Shown piece by piece: positions 26,171-38,207 of a stretch of 64,000 bases of DNA. The stretch is taken from positions 62,001 through 126,000 of the forward strand of contig QPMI01000451.1 in the NCBI GenBank assembly GCA_004431415.1, in the 5' to 3' direction. The position numbers and the translations under genes were made by a program. Position 1 is the first letter of the stretch. Each line of letters opens with the position of its first letter. The notes under the pieces are model-generated. The model was not told the DNA's origin, ran no database searches, and worked only from the letters and a program-made list of their open reading frames with translations. The stretch comes from Cyanophora paradoxa CCMP329. Its lineage: Eukaryota > Plantae > Glaucophyta.

Positions 26171-27541
26171 GCGTGGCTGACGCCACGCTCAAAAAGACCC
26201 TCCGATTGAATATCAAAGAGCGGGCAAAGGCGGCTGGCCCGCGCACCGCGGATACGTGGTTGTGGCGAAGCGCGCGCGCGCAGGGCATGGGGGCGGCATG
26301 CTGCAGCTCGTCGGCGATCCTGGCTCTGACTGCGCAAGACGCCAGCAGCCATTGAGTCCCATGCGTCGACGGCGAGGTGCCCCCAGAGCACGTGCGGTAA
26401 CGGAGATCGCCCTGCGCAAATGAGCGCGGGCAGGCCGCGGTCGGCGCTCGGCGCAGGGGGCGGCGCGGGCGTGTGCAGACCTCAGCGCCGGCTTTTCGGC
26501 TCGTGATGGAGCGCGCACGGGATCGCGTTGACATGCGGCGGCGGCGCGAGGGCGACGAACCGCCAGATGCGCCGCGCCGGATCGCCCGCGGTGAGCGAAC
26601 CGAGCACGATGCAAAGTGAGCCACGGACCTATAACAGTAGCTGTACATGTGCCGCGATGTGCGGCGTGTAGTCGCCGTGTACTGCGGCGGCGAGCGGGGC
26701 CAGATGGAGGCGCCAGATATAGCGGCGGCGCCTGGGAGTGCGACGCGCTCGAGCGTTTCGCACACCGGGCGATGTGTGGCTGGAGCTGGTGCCTCGTAAC
26801 GCTGTCCCCCCGGTTTTGGGCAGCCCCAAAACCGGCGCTGGCGCGGCGGCGGCAGCGCGGAGGACCCGAAGCGGTACACAGCGCAATCGTTGCGCTGTAC
26901 CGCGCATGCATAACGCGACCAGAGCGCTAGCAGCGCGGACTGCATGACGGAATCGCTGTCCCCCCCCTCCGCAAGCGGGCGCGCGGGACCTTGGCGCGCG
27001 GGCGCGCAGCGCGGATCCGCTAGCAAAAAGGACCTATGCGCGCCGATTCCCTAGCACTCGTGTAGCTGTCTTGCCGATCCCGCGCCGCGAATCCCGCGCC
27101 CGCAGTGGTCGAAAATCGATGGTAACGGCGCTAGACGCCACCACTTGCGAACTGCTCTATGTAAGGGCCTCTTTAATTATGCCAGCTGGCGCGTAGCGCG
27201 CTCCCCCCCTCGCCCCGCCATGCCACAACACACACTCCCCAACCGAGTTATGCAATTAACTTTCTGGGTAGTATGCGCACCTAGGTCCCTAGCAACTGGG
27301 GGGGTGCGGGGGGGCGGAGCCCCCCTGCTTGTGCATTTGACGAGACACGTGCACGTGACGACAGTGATGTCCGCTATAGCGCTAGCCAGCAGCCGCTGAG
27401 CCTCGGAGCTACACACACTAGTACAGTCACTGAGTATCCGTACGTTAGCTTACAGGCCCTGATCATGAGGCTAGTACTACAGTAGTAACAGCACATCATC
27501 ATGGCATCATGCCATGATGCCAGGCCATGATCATCGGATGG

Positions 27542-29470
27542 CACTGCGGCATATGGGCCTGATTGCTAGGGACCTAGGTGCGCATACTACCCAGAAAGTT
27601 AATTGCATCACTCGGTTGGGGAGTGTGTGTTGTGCTATGGCGGGGCGAGGGGGGGAGCGCGCTACGCGCCAGCTGGCATAAATAAAGAGACCCTTACATA
27701 GAGCAGTTCGCAAGTGGTGGCGTCGACGTCTAGCGCCGCTACCATCGATTTTCGACCACTGCGGGCGCGGGATTCGCGGCGCGCGATCGGCAAGACAGCT
27801 ACACGAGTGCTAGGGAATCGGCGCGCATAGGTCCTTTTTGCTAGCGGATCCCCGCTGCGCGCCCGCGCGCCAAGGTCCCGCGCGCCCGCTTGCGGAGGGG
27901 GGGGACAGCGATTCCGTCATGCAGTCCGCGCTGCTAGCGCTCTGGTCGCGTTATGCATGCGCGGTACAGCGCAACGATTGCGCTGTGTACCGCTTCGGGT
28001 TCGCTGTCCCCCCCGGTTTTGGGCAGCCCCAAAACCGGCGCTGGCGCGGCGGCGGCAGCGCGGAGGACCCGAAGCGGTACACAGCGCAATCGTTGCGCTG
28101 TACCGCGCATGCATAACGCGACCAGAGCGCTAGCAGCGCGGACTGCATGACGGAACAAGCGAGTCCCTGCGGAGCAGGAGTGGCCTTGGGTCTTGGGGCT
28201 TCGAATTCAAGGCGTGAGGGTGGGAGCTCTTTGTTTTTAAACGGGGGCCCGCAACCGCGCGCGGTTACGGGGGAGGGGGGAGGAGAAACAGGGGGGTCCA
28301 CTCGGCAAGGGTACACACTCAAGTAAAGAGGGTACAGAATTGTGCCGCAAGGGTACAGAGATCGATGCGGGGCCCAATCGGCCGCAGTTGTACCGAGCAC
28401 AGGCCCCGAGGGGCCCATTGGTCGTTTCCGAAGTTCAGCTGAATGGAAACGACTTTCGGCGCTTTTTGGAGGTGGTTAATAATTATCTATGAATCATTTG
28501 AATGTAATTCGCAGTAATATTTTTTTTTAAAGATCTACGGTGGGCGTGCCCACTCGTAGTACACAACGAGGATACAAGTCACGGTATCGGGAATCACAAG
28601 GATTCGAAGTACAACGTAGCGGAAACAGCAGGAACCGAACCCGGGAATCCGGGAGGTCGTAGCACGACCTTAATTCGCAGTAATAAGGCTCTGTCTAAAT
28701 TGTTTATTTCAAATATCTTTCAATCAACGCATCAAATACTTTTAAATCCCACATCGTGGCACACTGCGACCCTGTCTCATACAAATTTGCAGGCCGACAT
28801 CGTGGCGCCCCGTTAATTTGGACACTAATTCCTAGCGAATGGGATGCGGTCTCTTGAAATTAATAATTTTCAAATTTCGACTTGGAAGGCCAATGTGATT
28901 TGCGCTTTGAGTTTTTTTCCGGGAAAATGCTTTTCGACGCTTCTCGACGTGCTGTTAGTGCTTGTTAGAGGTGTCGCATTTGAAAAGTAGCGCCGCCATC
29001 GTGCTCCCTAGGGTCGAAAATGGGTACCTAGGTCTAAAAATTTTGTCTATAAAATCAATTTGAAGTTTGCCACACTGTGACAAGATACGCACAGACCTAA
29101 GGGCCTCTCCTTTCCCCAAGGCCGATCGCTGTCCCCCCCCTCCGCAAGCGGGCGCGCGGGACCTTGGCGCGCGGGCGCGCAGCGGGGATCCGCTAGCAAA
29201 AAGGACCTATGCGCGCCGATTCCCTAGCACTCGTGTAGCTGTCTTGCCGATCGCGCGCCGCGAATCCCGCGCCCGCAGTGGTCGAAAACCGATGGTAACG
29301 GGGCTAGACGCCGCATAACGTATGATGATCAGCATCCCCCAATCTTTATTTATGCCAGCTGGCGCGTAGCGCGCTTCCCCCCTCGCCCCGCCATCGCACA
29401 ACACACACTCCCCAACCGAGTGGTGCAATTAATTTTCTAGCAGAATGCGCTCTTGTGTCCCTGATACCTG
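27542..29470. mobile_element. Short, internally deleted member of the same CACTG foldback family
   Basis: Begins CACTGCGGCATAT; 27563-28000 repeats the arm sequence; 28001-28155 and 29125-29470 are inverted arm sequence; ends CCCTGATACC(TG), the reverse complement of the 18641 end missing 2 nt. Confidence 0.7.
28520..28670 (-). mobile_element. tRNA-derived SINE, 5'-truncated copy
   Basis: Near-identical reverse complement of ~3505-3650 with a T-run tail; 15-bp TSD TAATTCGCAGTAATA at 28505-28519 and 28671-28685; lacks the A-box. Confidence 0.9.
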
Positions 29471-29693
29471 ATGATATGGCACGCCTTGACGGTCTACGTT
29501 TACTAAGTTACGCGAGTAGAGTACTGTCAATCGAGTGACATGTACGTACACAGTGATCATGACCCCTCCCCCTCCCATTCAAGATTGTAATCATGATCAT
29601 TGAATCCGAATTCCCTCTCAGAGTCTTCCCTCCGAGGCTCGCCACTAGTACTATATATAAAACTTGAATCGAACTGTAAGTTCGTCTGAACTG

Positions 29694-32600
29694 TATAAGT
29701 TCGTCAGATCTACTAGGCTAGAGCCTAGATTAGAGGCTCCCTGATCATGAGGTCCCGGAGCTCGAGTCCCGGTCGAGCCTTTAATTTAATTTATGCATCT
29801 GGTCCAGGGTTTGAAACTTGATTTCATGCTTCATGACCGCCGGGGCAGCTGCAGGGCCTAATTATAAATATAAGCGCTCCGGATCCGAAAATCAGCCTCA
29901 TTCGAATTCACTGAGTCATGATTGAAAACTTCCGAATTCGAATTCAAGCAAGATGATCCAGGGCCGTATACGTAGCTGGATTACTAGCGTATCGCTGTGT
30001 AAGTTCGTCAGATCTACTAGGCTAGAGCCTAGATTAGAGGCTCCCTGATCATGAGGTCCCGGAGCTCGAGTCCCGGTCGAGCCTTTGCGCTGAGCGGGAT
30101 GCGCTAAGCAGTTGGCTAGGCCCAGAGGCGCCCCAAGCAGAGAGGGACAGGCCCGTACGGCACCGTAGGGCGGCGGCAAGCGGGTGCCATTACGTACACA
30201 GCAGGCGCAGAGCCAGCGTAAGACAGAGAGAACAAGAGAACAAGGACGTCGACAGACAGCAAGCGAGCGCCGCGCAGGGCAAGCGAGGGCCCAGGGCTAA
30301 AATAAGCGGGCCAGTTGGCAACAACGTGGCACCAGGAATAGCAGGCTACAAAGGTACAAGGCAAGGCAAGCTGCCGGCTTAGAGCCGACGACCAGGGCTA
30401 GCTGGGAGTCGGAAAGTGGGCGGCACACGCTTCCCGCTACAAAAAGCCGTCCTCGGCGCTACGAGCTAAAGGCTGAACTAAAGCTGCGTAGGCGAGGCTG
30501 AACGGACTACGAGCCAAAAGCCGGCTACCGTCCCTGCACAGAAAGCCGTCCTCGGCGCCACAGCGGGCGGGCCAGAGGGGCAAATTAAAATCCATCAGGC
30601 CGTCGGCACCAGTATGAGGAACTGGGCCCAACAAGGGAAGTTGGGTGAGGGACCCACGACCTGACGCCAGAGCGCGCGGAGCGCCGCCAGCCAACCGGGG
30701 CAAACCCTCTAAATCCCGCCGGAAGGGAAAACGAGTGCTAGCGCTAGCACTAAGCTCGAATTCGAAGCCGCGCCGCGCCACACGAGCCGCCGGGCCGCGG
30801 CGGCGCCGGGTCGAAAGTTCCACAGTGTAGAAGGTACTTGACGTAGAGTGTAGTAGTGTAGGACCGCAGGCTCGATCAGCAGAGCCGCAGCGGTAGAGTA
30901 CGCGTTGCGGGCCAAGCTCGGCGCAGCTTGCCGCATTGCGTTGCCAAGTGACTCGGCCGGCGGAGTCACAAGGCGGGGCGATCGGTCAGCACAGTAGAGT
31001 GTGCAGCCGCGTACGCGTAGAGCAGGCAAGCCATGAAGAGTAGAGGCGGCGAGCCAGTCGTACGGGGTCAGGCTCCGCAGCAGCAGCAGGCCACTGGTCG
31101 CATCAAACAGACCCATCGCCAAGGATCCTCCGCGATCAGACGGGATGGCAAACCACGGATACAGCCATCGAGTCCGCCGGCGTACGCAGATGCAGCGCGT
31201 AGCCGGGGCTTAGGCAGGCCACCATCGCGGGACAGGAGACAGCATCAGCGCGGCCCGGAATGATCATCGGTGCTCGCGTGATAGTCGTAGGCAAGACGTA
31301 TGGACCTCTCAGCAGCGGAGAGTCGCAAGCGGAGGCTTGGTCGGAATCACCCGGACTAGAGCGCCGGTGCGTGCTGGCTTGGTCAGCGTGGAATCACCCA
31401 CAGCTAAGCAGACCGAAACAGCGCTGGCGTCCAGCTGGCATCACCCAGCTGCCAGGTTCAACCGATGCACGGGAATCACCCGACGGGCCGACGCAGTCGA
31501 CGCGCGAACGTGAAGACTGGTCGCGGGGCATCACCCAGTGCTGCTTGCTGACGCTCCTCAACAGACAGGTCCGCTGTCCGCCGTCCAACTTTAGCTATGG
31601 CTGCTCACGTCGTCGTAGGACGTTCCAGAGCGCATCCTTTACGCTTCTGTTGACCTCCGCCCGCCGGACAGGCCTCGGTCAGACCTCCGCCCGCTGAACA
31701 GGCCTCGGTCGCTGATCAAACGCCCACGACAGGAAGAAAACGACAGTTCGCACACGCTTGAGATGTGCGTGAAGCGACTGACATCTGGCTTGACGAGCTG
31801 GACGTCCCGGAGAAGGGCAGCTACGTCGTCGGAGCCAGGGCAAGGTCTTGGCATCTTGTCTGCCGACTAGGTGCGACAGTGCGCCCGGTAGGCTTGACAA
31901 CAGATAGATGCGCTTCCTCGCATAGAGATCGCTGTCAAGTGGAGCTGCGCCGGCTTCCACTGACGCGTACGCAACCCGCAGAGCCGAGAGAGACGCGGAG
32001 CCGCACGTCCTCTGGATGCAGGGTGGAGTCAAGTGGAGTGATCCTCACGAGGGATGCCACTCGCCGCCGCTGAGCGTGCCTCGGGAGGTCCGCAGGCGCC
32101 ACTGCAGCCGTCGTAGGTGAGACCTCGGGCGCGTACTGGGCCTTGTTATCCCAGGGGCTTTCACGTCGCAGCGGTTTGACTCCATGCGTTCTTCAGATAC
32201 ACTCGCCACCATTGAGCGTGCCTCGGGCTAGCCGGAGGTGCCATCGCAGCCGTCGTAGGTGAGACCTCGGGCGCGTACTGGGGCCATGTTATCCCAGGGC
32301 ATTCACGTCTTGGCGGGCTGACTCTGTACTTTCTGCAGAGAGAAAAGATTGATTGACCGGCGCTTCATAGCTGCCTTGCGAGCCTGGCATGTCACGAGCA
32401 TGCGGGCAACTCGACAAAACAAGACGACGACGAAAAGAAGGTATGTTTGTGAAGAATACTCAGTCAGACAGCTTTAATCATCATACGTCTCACTGCACGT
32501 GGACCAGAGAAGAAACGACAGGAAGAACGACGTTCAGCCTCGCCTACGTAGCTTTAGTTCAGCCTTTAGCTCGTAGCGCCGAGGACGGCAGCAGCCCCCA

Positions 32601-35600
32601 TGCGCTGAGCGGGATGCGCTAAGCAGTTGGCTAGGCCCAGAGGCGCCCCAAGCAGAGAGGGACAGGCCCGTACGGCACCGTAGGGCGGCGGCAAGCGGGT
32701 GCCATTACGTACACAGCAGGCGCAGAGCCAGCGTAAGACAGATAGTAAGACAGAGAGAACAAAGACAGATCTGGCAAGGACAGCAAGCGAGCGCCGCGCG
32801 GGGCAAGCGAGGGCCCAGGGCTAAAATAAGCGGGCCAGTTGGCAACAACGTGGCACCAGGAATAGCAGGCTACAAAGGGTACAAGGCAAGGCAAGCTGCC
32901 GGCTTAGAACCGACGACCAGGGCTAGCTGGGATCGGAGTCGGAAAGTGGGCGGCACACGCTTCCCGCTACAAAAAGCCGTCCTCGGCGCTACGAGCTAAA
33001 GGCTGAACTAAAGCTACGTAGGCGAGGCTGAACGTTAACGGACTACGAAAGGGACAGGCCCGTACAGCACCGTAGGGCGACGGCAAGCGGGTGCCATTAC
33101 GTAGACAGCAGGCGCAGAGCCGGCGTAAGACAGCAAGTACAGAGAACAGGGACGTCGACAGACAGCAAGCGAGCGCCGCGCAGGGCAAGCGAGGGCCCAG
33201 GGCTAAAATAAGCGGGCCAGTTGGCAACAACGTGGCACCAGGAATAGCAGGCTACAAAGGGTACAAGGCAAGGCAAGCTGCCGGCTTAGAGCCGACGACC
33301 AGGGCTAGCTGGGAGTCGGAAAGTGGGCGGCACACGCTTCCCGCTACAAAAAGCCGTCCTCGGCGCTACGAGCTAAAGGCTGAACTAAAGCTGCGTAGGC
33401 GAGGCTGAACGGACTACGAGCCAAAAGCCGGCTACCGTCCCTGCACAGAAAGCCGTCCTCGGCGCCACAGCGGCGGGCCAGAGGGGCAAATTAAAATCCA
33501 TCAGGCCGTCGGCACCAGTATGAGGAACTGGGCCCAACAAGGGAAGTTGGGTGAGGGACCCACGACCTGACGCCAGAGCGCGCGGAGCGCCGCCAGCCAA
33601 CCGGGGCAAACCCTCTAAATCCCGCCGGAAGGGAAAACGAGTGCTAGCGCTAGCACTAAGCTCGAATTCGAAGCCGGCGCCGCGCCACACGAGCCGCCGG
33701 GCCGCGGCGGCGCCGGGTCGAAAGTTCCACAGTGTAGAAGGTACTTGACGTAGAGTGTAGTAGTGTAGGACCGCAGGCTCGATCAGCAGAGCCGCAGCGG
33801 TAGAGTACGCGTTGCGGCCAAGCTCGGCGCAGCTTGCCGCATTGCGTTGCCAAGTGACTCGGCCGGCGGAGTCACAAGGCGGGCGATCGGTCAGCACAGT
33901 AGAGTGTGCAGCCGCGTACGCGTAGAGCAGGCAAGCCATGAAGAGTAGAGGCGGCGAGCCAGTCGTACGGGGTCAGGCTCCGCAGCAGCAGCAGGCCACT
34001 GGTCGCATCAAACAGACCCATCGCCAAGGATCCTCCGCGATCAGACGGGATGGCAAACCACGGATACAGCCATCGAGTCCGCCGGCGTACGCAGATGCAG
34101 CGCGTAGCCGGGGCTTAGGCAGGCCACCATCGCGGGACAGGAGACAGCATCAGCGCGGCCCGGAATGATCATCGGTGCTCGCGTGATAGTCGTAGGCAAG
34201 ACGTATGGACCTCTCAGCAGCGGAGAGTCGCAAGCGGAGGCTTGGTCGGAATCACCCGGACTAGAGCGCCGGTGCGTGCTGGCTTGGTCAGCGTGGAATC
34301 ACCCACAGCTAAGCAGACCGAAACAGCGCTGGCGTCCAGCTGGCATCACCCAGCTGCCAGGTTCAACCGATGCACGGGAATCACCCGACGGGCCGACGCA
34401 GTCGACGCGCGAACGTGAAGACTGGTCGCGGGGCATCACCCAGTGCTGCTTGCTGACGCTCCTCAACAGACAGGTCCGCTGTCCGCCGTCCAACTTTAGC
34501 TATGGCTGCTCATGTCGTCGTAGGACGTTCCAGAGCGCATCCTTTACGCTTCTGTTGACCTCCGCCCGCCGGACAGGCCTCGGTCAGACCTCCGCCCGCT
34601 GAACAGGCCTCGGTCGCTGATCAAACGCCCACGACAGGAAGAAAACGACAGTTCGCACACGCTTGAGATGTGCGTGAAGCGACTGACATCTGGCTTGACG
34701 AGCTGGACGTCCCGGAGAAGGGCAGCTACGTCGTCGGAGCCAGGGCAAGGTCTTGGCATCTTGTCTGCCGACTAGGTGCGACAGTGCGCCCGGTAGGCTT
34801 GACAACAGATAGATGCGCTTCCTCGCATAGAGATCGCTGTCAAGTGGAGCTGCGCCGGCTTCCACTGACGCGTACGCAACCCGCAGAGCCGAGAGAGACG
34901 CGGAGCCGCACGTCCTCTGGATGCAGGGTGGAGTCAAGTGGAGTGATCCTCACGAGGGATGCCACTCGCCGCCGCTGAGCGTGCCTCGGACGGTCCGCAG
35001 GCGCCACCGCAGCCGTCGTAGGTGAGACCTCGGGCGCGTACTGGGGCCATGTTATCCCAGGGGCTTTCACGTCGCAGCGGTTTGACTCCATGCGTTCTTC
35101 AGATACACTCGCCACCATTGAGCGTGCCTCGGGCTAGCCGGAGGTGCCATCGCAGCCGTCGTAGGTGAGACCTCGGGCGCGGACTGGGGCCATGTTATCC
35201 CAGGGCATTCACGTCTTGGCGGGCTGACTCTGTACTTTCTGCAGAGAGCAAAGATTGGTTGACTGGCGCTTCATAGCTGCCTTGCGAGCCTGGCATGTCA
35301 CGAGCATGCGGGCAACTCGACAAAACAAGACGACGACGAAAAGAAGGTATGTTTGTGAAGAATACTCAGTCAGACAGCTTTAATCATCATACGTCTCACT
35401 GCACGTGGACCAGAGAAGAAACGACATGCCACGACGACAAGAAGATCATCATTCGATCGGCGTCAACACGCAATTCGATCGGATGACAACATGTGTAGAT
35501 GTAGATGTAGCTGGTGTTGCTCCACATACAATACAATACAGTTTCACTCGACATGCGCGCGGGCTGCATCAGCATTTGCTCTTGAGCGCAGCAACGGCAC

Positions 35601-37168
35601 GTTTAGATGACTGCGAGCGCATGCGGCTCAATAGACGGGTTGGCGGACGCTTCCCACTACAGAAAGAGTGGCGCGCCAGGTCCGTAAGCAAGAAAAGGCG
35701 CAGTGGCGGGTGGAAAGGCATGAACCATGCGGTTCGTATTGCTAAGCTCTGCCGCATAGGCGCTTCCCACTACAAGAGAGTGGAGGCCGTACGCGCAAGC
35801 CGAGGCAAACGATGGCATGCTTGTCCAGGGGTTCGGGCAAGAGCGCAGCGTTCGTCCCCAGGCATACGAGCTAAAAAGTCGAAGCCCAACGCAGCAGCCC
35901 CCATGCGCTGAGCGGGATGCGCTAAGCAGTTGGCTAGGCCCAGAGGCGCCCCAAGCAGAAAGGGACAGGCCCGTACAGCACCGTAGGGCGACGGCAAGCG
36001 GGTGCCATTACGTAGACAGCAGGCGCAGAGCCGGCGTAAGACAGCAAGTACAGAGAACAGGGACGTCGACAGACAGCAAGCGAGCGCCGCGCAGGGCAAG
36101 CGAGGGCCCAGGGCTAAAATAAGCGGGCCAGTTGGCAACAACGTGGCACCAGGAATAGCAGGCTACAAAGGGTACAAGGCAAGGCAAGCTGCCGGCTTAG
36201 AGCCGACGACCAGGGCTAGCTGGGAGTCGGAAAGTGGGCGGCACAGTTCGGGCAAGAGCGCAGCGTTCGTCCCCAGGCATACGAGCTAAAAAGTCGAAGC
36301 CCAACGCAGCAGCCCCCATGCGCTGAGCGGGATGCGCTAAGCAGTTGGCTAGGCCCAGAGGCGCCCCAAGCAGAGAGGGACAGGCCCGTACGGCACCGTA
36401 GGGCGGCGGCAAGCGGGTGCCATTACGTACACAGCAGGCGCAGAGCCAGCGTAAGACAGAGAGAACAAGAGAACAAGGACGTCGACAGACAGCAAGCGAG
36501 CGCCGCGCAGGGCAAGCGAGGGCCCAGGGCTAAAATAAGCGGGCCAGTTGGCAACAACGTGGCACCAGGAATAGCAGGCTACAAAGGGTACAAGGCAAGG
36601 CAAGCTGCCGGCTTAGAGCCGACGACCAGGGCTAGCTGGGAGTCGGAAAGTGGGCGGCACACCTTTAATTTAATTTATGCATCTGGTCCAGGGTTTGAAA
36701 CTTGATTTCATGCTTCATGACCGCCGGGGCAGCTGCAGGGCCTAATTATAAATATAAGCGCTCCGGCCCCCCGGCGGATCCGAAAATCAGCCTCATTCGA
36801 ATTCATGATTGAAAACTTCCGAATTCGAATTCAAGCAAGATGATCCAGGGCCGTATACGTAGCTGGATTACTAGCGTATCGCTGTGTAAGTTCGTCAGAT
36901 CTACTAGGCTAGAGCCTCAGGGGCCTAGATTAGAGGCTCCCTGATCATGAGGTCCCGGAGCTCGAGTCCCGGTCGAGCCTTTAATTTAATTTATGCATCT
37001 GGTCCAGGGTTTGAAACTTGATTTCATGCTTCATGACCGCCGGGGCAGCTGCAGGGCCTAATTATAAATATAAGCGCTCCGGATCCGAAAATCAGCCTCA
37101 TTCGAATTCATGATTGAAAACTTCCGAATTCGAATTCAAGCAAGATGATCCAGGGCCGTATACGTAGC
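29694..37168 (+). repeat. ~300-bp AT-richer tandem repeat, ~3 copies; the middle copy is split by the LTR complex
   Basis: Copies at ~29694-29997, 29998-30085 plus 36662-36884, and 36885-37168. Confidence 0.9.
30086..36661 (-). mobile_element. Non-autonomous LTR retroelement complex (LARD/TRIM-like) with five LTR copies
   Basis: ~342-bp TG...CA LTRs at 30086-30427, 32601-32957, ~33047-33334 (partial), 35904-36245 and 36319-36661; 4-bp TSD CCTT (30082-30085 / 36662-36665); minus-strand PBS TGGGGGCTGCT and purine tract AGCGGGAAGCG; internal region duplicated (30428-32519 vs 33335-35425); no RT/IN motifs. Confidence 0.9.
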
Positions 37169-37349
37169 TTGTCATCAGCCCTTGGCGGCACGTGTGGCCG
37201 ACCGTCGGACCTGACTCCGCGTACACGTGAGCTGCATCGGCGCACGCGGGCGCGGAGCCCTTGGCGGCACCGGCCGCAGGCCGCATGCACAGGCGCAGGC
37301 AGCCGGCACGCGGACGCGCCGAAAGCCATACGGGAAGCCCGCCGGTCAA

Positions 37350-37780
37350 GGGGACGACGCTGACGGCTCCGATCCAGCACGCGCTCGAAGACGCGCGCGC
37401 TCAACGCTGAACACAATGTCCCCATGGCCCTCCTGCGGCGCAAGTGCGAGCGGCTGCGCGGCTCGAGGAACCCCGGCAATTGAAAGCTTAAGTCGGTCCG
37501 GGCGATGCGCCCCTTTCCAGCCCGCGATACGCGGTCCAGGAGATTTCGCACGCCGGAACGTTCGCGTCGCCAGTGATCTTGGTCGCCTGCGCAAGGCTGC
37601 CACACCGCTGCAGGAGCAAAAGCTCCTGCACACGATCGCGAGGGAGATCAGTTTAAGGGGGCGCGCATCTCTAGCGCGACTCGCCTCGCCGTGGCCGCCG
37701 TATTCCCCTCGGATGAGAACGGCCGGATCCGAGTCGACGCAAAGCGGGACGCCGGCGTCGCAGCACGCCTGCCGGAGCCG
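37350..37780 (+). repeat. Degenerate dispersed copy of ~46970-47455 (pseudogene or TE relic)
   Basis: Shared sequence, e.g. PGDFARRNV.VASDLGRLRKAATPLQEQ, with indels and stops. Confidence 0.85.
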
Positions 37781-37820
37781 CAGGCCCGCAGCCAAGCGGA
37801 GCGCAGCCATGGCCAAGCTT

Positions 37821-37904
37821 AAGAGGCGAAGTCGCGCGCAGCGGAGCCAAGAGGCGAAGTCGCGCGCAGCGGAGCCAAGAGGCGAAGTCGCGCGCAGCGG
37901 AGCC
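37821..37904 (+). repeat. 28-bp tandem repeat x3
   Basis: AAGAGGCGAAGTCGCGCGCAGCGGAGCC three times. Confidence 0.95.
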
Positions 37905-38207
37905 AGTTTTGGGGCCTGCCGCTTGAGTGGCCAGCTCGGCCAGGAGGGTCGGCCAGCAGGCAACGACGTCGACCCGGCGAAACGGACTTGAACGTTCCCC
38001 CCCCCCCCTCCCCCCCCCCCCCCCCCCCGTGCTTTACGGCTCGTGCTTTTACGGCTCGCTGGAGCCTTGCTGGAGCTAAGGATTGGGCGATCGTCTCTAT
38101 CCGATATTCGCGGACAGCGCTTGCCGCGCCAACGAACGACCGTTGAAGTTTGGTCCGGGCCGCGCCCACTCGACGAGCCTGGAGCCCTCGCTCTCCGGAT
38201 AGCCAGG

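Larger units (their letters stand above)
18641..27366. mobile_element. Foldback-type non-autonomous DNA transposon with CACTG...CAGTG ends (CACTA/EnSpm-like)
   Basis: Starts CACTGGTATC at 18641 and ends GACAGTG at 27366; long inverted arms at ~18675-21767 and ~25002-27265; no transposase seen; flanking triplets (TAA/ATG) do not match. Confidence 0.7.

Noticed and set aside
19587-26391. Repetitive ORFs in the 160-bp arrays; CRISPR-like appearance
   Set aside because: Units are contiguous with no unique spacers and no cas genes; the ORFs are satellite artefacts.
30428-35903. gag/pol coding in the LTR internal regions
   Set aside because: Only short ORFs; no CCHC, protease, YxDD or integrase motifs seen.
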